The notes under the pieces are model-generated. The model ran no database searches and was not told where the DNA came from. It saw nothing but the letters and a program-made list of their open reading frames with translations. Made by a program: the position numbers and the translations under genes. Below are positions 37,501 to 43,500 of a stretch of 64,000 nt of DNA, one piece after another. Origin of the DNA: Nanobdellota archaeon (lineage in GTDB: Archaea; Nanobdellota; Nanobdellia; Woesearchaeales; DATDXC01). The DNA lies in assembly GCA_043818675.1 (NCBI GenBank), contig JBDRFR010000069.1:14877-78876 (forward strand), written 5' to 3'. How positions within the stretch are numbered: position 1 is the first letter of the stretch; each line of letters starts with the position of its first letter.

Positions 37501-40500
37501 AATTATAATACAACTTTTTCAGTGCCTACGACAAACCTGGGTGCTGTAATTATAAAAGTTAACATCACTTCAGCTGACAACCTCTATGCATCAAACCAGT
37601 CCGCAGTCACTTTATGGGCTGAAACCATTTTAAATTACACAGCGTCTGCTGATTATTCTGGCACTGTAACAAACTTCACTGTTACAGCCAATTTTGTGCG
37701 TACAGATACAAACACATCTGTCCCCGGAACCTTCAATATTACTATACACAATAACAGCCTAAGATATTACAGGGACTGTAACGGAACTTTATGTATTAAT
37801 TCATTCCTTGTGCCTGGCAGCGTTATCTGGGGTAATTACAGCTTTAATATAACAGCGACTAACATATCTGGTTATTATCATAATGCTTCTGTAAATTTTA
37901 CAGCAATGTTAGAATATAAGAGCACCACTGCTTCGGTCCTTAACTCTAAAAACAAGACTATCATTGATTTTGCAACAGGTTCAACTTATGTATACTATCA
38001 TAACATTACAATTGTCAATTTAGGCAATGCAACAATGAACAATGCTTACGCTCTTGCTGACTTATCCGATCTGGATTTTGATTCTATTGTTAACACCTCA
38101 AGCTGCGGCAATATTCCCCCTAAAAGCAGCTGCAACCAGTCGTTTGCCTTAACTCTTAATTCAAACTCCGAACCTGACGTAAAACTTATCATTTGGAGGG
38201 TAAACCACACCAATAACGACGGCTCGTACTCAAAATCTTCAAATTCTGTCAGGATGACCACCACAATTGTTGGCGCAGTCATAATGGACACATCCACTGG
38301 TTTGATTGACCAGGACATAGAACATGGCCAGTCAGTTAGTTCAGGTTTTGCAATTCAAAGTAATGGTAATCTGGTCCTAAGCAGTGTTGCTGTAGAGCTT
38401 ATAAACGACACTATGCCAAGCTCTTGGTTTAGCTTCACCGGTTCTACGAGTTTTGGCACGATCCCGGCAGGCCAGACAGGCACGGTTACATACTCAATTA
38501 CTATCCCAGAACATTACGCTCCTGGCACATATAATGCAACCATAAACGTAACTGCATCAAACCATAATGAAACATACATTAAGGTCAACATTACCGTTCC
38601 TCTAAATGGCACATGGATTATCAGCGGGGATATCGGTAAGACCACAAATTTCACCCAGAATCTTAATGGCACTGTTGGCAATCTTACGCTCAGCAATCTG
38701 GGCAATATTGAGATGAATTTCAGCATATCCTACTTGCCTGGCGGAAGCAGGCTATACACTGATTTTGGCAGTGATTTATTCCAGGAAAACCAAGCTGGGT
38801 ACAATCCCACCTGGCTGAATATACCAAAAAATACAAGCAGGAATCTCAGCATTTTCCAGAAAAGCTGGTCAAGCAGCTTATCAGATGTTGGCATTAACAT
38901 TTCCATCATTAATTTAAGCGGCACCCCTACAAACAGGAGCATCTATATGGTGTTTAATATTAAAGATGATCCACCTGTTGTTGAAGCCATGTTTTACCTT
39001 GTAAACAATTCCGTCCAGAATTACACTGAATTTAACAAGTCTATTACCATAAAAGCAACTGTAACTGACGACATTGATATTGAACATACCACAAGCAACT
39101 CATATTTCAATGTTAGCTACTATGGAGATTATACAGTTATCAACGCTTCATTTACCGAGTACAGGTACGATAGCGGTTATAAGGAGATAAATTTCACAGC
39201 TAACTTCACACCCACAACGATAGGAGCCCACAATGTCACATTAACTGTCAAAGACAGCGCTTCCCAGATTACAAGATATTCAGGCTACAATTTCACCTCA
39301 ATCGGCAACACTTCCGTCAATATTACATTTAATCTATCAGTCGCCCAAATAACCCAAATAACCCAAAGATTAAGCAAGAATATTACAGTTAATATCACAA
39401 TCAAAAATACTGGATTTGTAAAAGCATATTATAACAATTTAACATGGATTTTACCTTCGGGGTGGTCGATTTATCCAACATTTGACTATTTATCAAGCAT
39501 ATCTTCCGGTGCATCAAAATCAAAGCTTTTCAACTTATCAATCCCTATAGCTACCAGTCCAGGATTATATACAATAACGGCAATCACTAACTGGACAAAT
39601 CCGATAAAAACAAGAAATAGCACTACTGAAACCTTCAGGATAAATGTAACATCCAATAAAATCCTGAATTTAACCATTAACAATAAGACAATAACAATAA
39701 ATCATAGCTCTCAGCGGTCGTATGTGTTTGGTGTGAATGCTACAGGAAATGATAATTTGACCAATGTAAATATAAGTTGTATATCCGGTGAGGTATGCAA
39801 TTTCACAATATCCTATAATAATTCCTTATTTAACGTTAGTGCTGGTTCAGTTATTTATGTAAACACTACAATTACTGTCCCGGAATATCAGGCTCCGGCC
39901 AACTACACCGGAATCTTCAATGTTTCCACAAACAGCTCAAACTCAAAGACTATAAATTTAACAGTGGAAGTGCCTGCTGACGAAACATGGAATATTAGCA
40001 TAGCCACTATTTCAAAAAGTGTCGGCGCTTTAAACTCAGGTATTGTCAGCAAATTCAACATAACAAACAATGGCAACATTATGATAGGTTTCAAGCTTAA
40101 CACCACGAACAACACTATTATTAGTCTTAACGCAACCAGTATAACCGTCCAAAAAAACAGTACAAGTGAAGTATTGATAAGTTACAGCTCACCACAACAG
40201 GCAGCTGATTATATAATCGTTATTATGATCACTAATAATTCTCTGTCGCAAAGGCAGCGCAATTTAACAATTAATCTAACTGTACTTCAGTTCCAGGTAA
40301 ACATAACTTATCCATTAAATATATCTCCGTTAACTAACATTACAGCAAACCAAAACATAACAATAAACGCCACAGCCTATTATATCAATGAAAGCTTGTC
40401 TGAAAATGTGACATGGGCTGTTAAATTTAATGATAGTGTATGCAATGTTTACAATTATACGTACATTAACAGCGTATGGCAGGTCAGGTGCACAACCCCT

Positions 40501-43500
40501 GACATAGACGACGGCAAATACTATTATCTTAAGCTCACTGCTAATTATACAACCTTAAACAATGCATTGACTGACACTGAACCCAACGCTATTTTATACC
40601 GTGACGTCACCGCTCCAACCATCATTTCAAAGAATAAGAAGAACATTGCGCCAGGTAGTGACGTGAACCTAACATTAAACATTACTGACAATGTTAATGT
40701 TTCAACTGTCATTGCTCAGCTGACCTATCCAAATATCACAGGCAATATATCCACCATAATTAATTATACAGCCTCCTATACAAACGGATTATATATTATC
40801 AGCTTATATGATTTGGTCCATATAGGCGATTATGATATTACATACTATATTAATGATACAACAGGCAATTCCCTAACCGACACAGACAATTTCGAGGTTT
40901 ATTTGATAAAACCCAGATTTTCCGGAACCATATCTGACTATCAGGGTAATGGTGTGCCATCTTTTTGGGAATTTTATAGGTCAAACACCTCTACCCTTCT
41001 CACGAATATAACGACTAACTCAACAGGAAGATACAATAGCGGAGATATTCATAACCGGACTTATGACCTTAGAATTAGCGCTCTTGGCCATAAAATAATC
41101 ATTAAAAATCTGAACTTCACAACAATTAAAAATGACGCAATAGACCTTGATTTGATTATTGGCACTGACATTGACACAATTATTACTAACTACAGGCCGT
41201 TAAAAGGTATCGGTGTTAATACAACCTTTAATGTAAGCTATGTCAACTTCACGATTAATTATAGCGGCACAAGTCCTGTATCAGAAACAGGCATAAAGAT
41301 TTTTAGATGTTCAAACTGGTCTTATAAGGTCAGAATTTGCGATAACACCTGGACAGAATTAAACAGCACTGTTTATGTTAGCAGGGATATAGTAATCGCT
41401 TCTTCTTCAGGATTTTCTGCATATATAGCTGCCGAGCTAAAATGCGGCAACGGCATATGCGAAGAGATATACGGTGAAACTTCAGCAAACTGCGCAGCTG
41501 ACTGCATAACAGCCCAGGGTCCAGCTTCAATTTCTGTTAGCAGCGGTGGTGGCGGTGGTGGCGGTGGCGGAGGCAGCGGACTGTCAAAAGAAGACTTAAG
41601 AGCTGAATTAGAAGCATTAAACTTGCTAAACATTACTGATAAGATTGAAGATATTGTCAAAGCCACAAAAAAACTGGCAGGTGTAGAAATGGCGACCACC
41701 TCGATATATAAGGAGCTTTTCCCAAAAGAAGACGCCTCAGCAAGGATTAGGATGCGAAACACTCTCGATACCAACATCAGATTAAACACCAAAGTTGAAG
41801 GCGCTGTAAAAGATTTTGTATTCTTTGAAAATTATGCAGTAACTCTTTCAGGCGGTGAAGAAAAAGACATTATAGTAAGAATAACCATCCCGCAGTTTAC
41901 AAAACCTGGATCATACGATGGTGACATTATTTTAATGCGTGACAATGAAGAGGTCAGGATCCCGACGACCATTAGAGTTTTACAGGAAGAAGGAAAACTT
42001 TTAGACGTCAAAATCCAGCCGTTAGTAGACTCAATCTCGCCTGGCGAAACTCTGCTTCTTCGAACAGACTTGATAAACCTTGGTAAGACTAAACGTGTGG
42101 ATGTCCAGTTTAAGCTGCAATTAACCGACCCCAGGACAGGTGAAATACTAAAAGAAACAGAAGAGGCATTTGCAATCGAGACATCACTAACAACAACAAA
42201 AGAACTTGAGATTCCAAAAGAGATCAAATTAGGCAAATATTTAGTTCAGGGCACTGCATATTATAGCAGTCTTGAAGACCGTAATCAGGAAGCAGTATCT
42301 ATTGCAACCATAAACATCCAGCAGCCATTTTTAGAAAGGGAATTTTTAGGCATTAAGAATGAAAGTTATATGTTCGGATTTATTATAGCTTTAGCATTGA
42401 TTGCACTGTTTATTTTCTACACATATAAGCAGAAAAAGAAGAAACGGTACATTAAGGTAATAGATCTTAAAACTTTGCCAAAACCCGGAAAGAATTCTGG
42501 ATTTATCGGTAAGATAGCAGAAACAGGCATTAGGACTTTCATTGACATTAACAAGCTTCAGACACATACACTTATAGCTGGCGCAACAGGCAGCGGTAAA
42601 ACAATAGCTATCCAGGACATTATCGAAGAGTCTCTTTTAAAAGGCATCAGTGTGATAGTCTTTGATCCTACTGCTCAATGGACCGGCTTTTTAAGAAAGT
42701 GTAAACAGCCGTCTATGTTAAAACGCTACAGTTATTTTGACATGAAGCCAAAAGACGCAAAAGCTTTCAAAGGCAACATCAGGACCATTACAAATCCGCG
42801 TGAGATTATTGAAATTAAGCAATTCATGGCTTCAGGTGAGATCACAATCTTTAACACAAGCAATCTCGAGCCAAAAGAGATGGACATTGTAGTAGCATCG
42901 ACTGTCCAGCAAATATTCAAGGCAAACCTAGAGGAAAGCCCTGACCTAAAAACTCTGATAGTCTATGACGAAGTTCACCGGCTGCTTCCAAAATTCGGCG
43001 GCAGCGGCAAAGGCTTTATACAGGTTGAAAGAGGCGTTAGAGAATTCAGGAAATGGGGTGTTGGCATTGTATTGATAAGCCAGGTGCTCAGCGACTTCAT
43101 CGGTGAGATCAAAGCTAATATAGGCACAGAGATCCAGTTAAGGACCCGTTACGAAAACGATCTCGAAAGGATCAGCATGAAATACGGTGAAGATATTCAA
43201 AAATCTATTGTAAAGGCCGCTGTAGGAACAGGTATGATCGTCAATGCTGAATATAACCATGGCCGCCCATATTTCGTCAGTTTCCGGCCAATACTTCATT
43301 CAATAACAAAAATAAATGACAAAGACCTTGCTAGTTATACACAATACGCAAAACGCACAGAGGATATTACTTACCAGCTTGAACAATTAAAACTTTTAAA
43401 TGTTGACATATTTGATTTAGAATTAGAGCTGAAGTTGTCCGATAGTAAAATTCGTTCCGGCCAGTTTGAAATGGTCGAGATTTACCTAAAATCTCTTGAG

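Noticed and set aside
35800-37620. Considered whether the regularly spaced direct repeats could be a CRISPR array
   Set aside because: Units are 129-600 nt, in-frame and protein-coding, with diverged copies and no short identical repeat/spacer alternation. No cas genes are present. They are structural protein repeats, not CRISPR.
41373-41792. 139-aa minus-strand ORF containing a poly-Pro run
   Set aside because: The poly-Pro run is simply the antisense of the poly-Gly hinge (GGT/GGC)n in the giant ORF. The rest is featureless.
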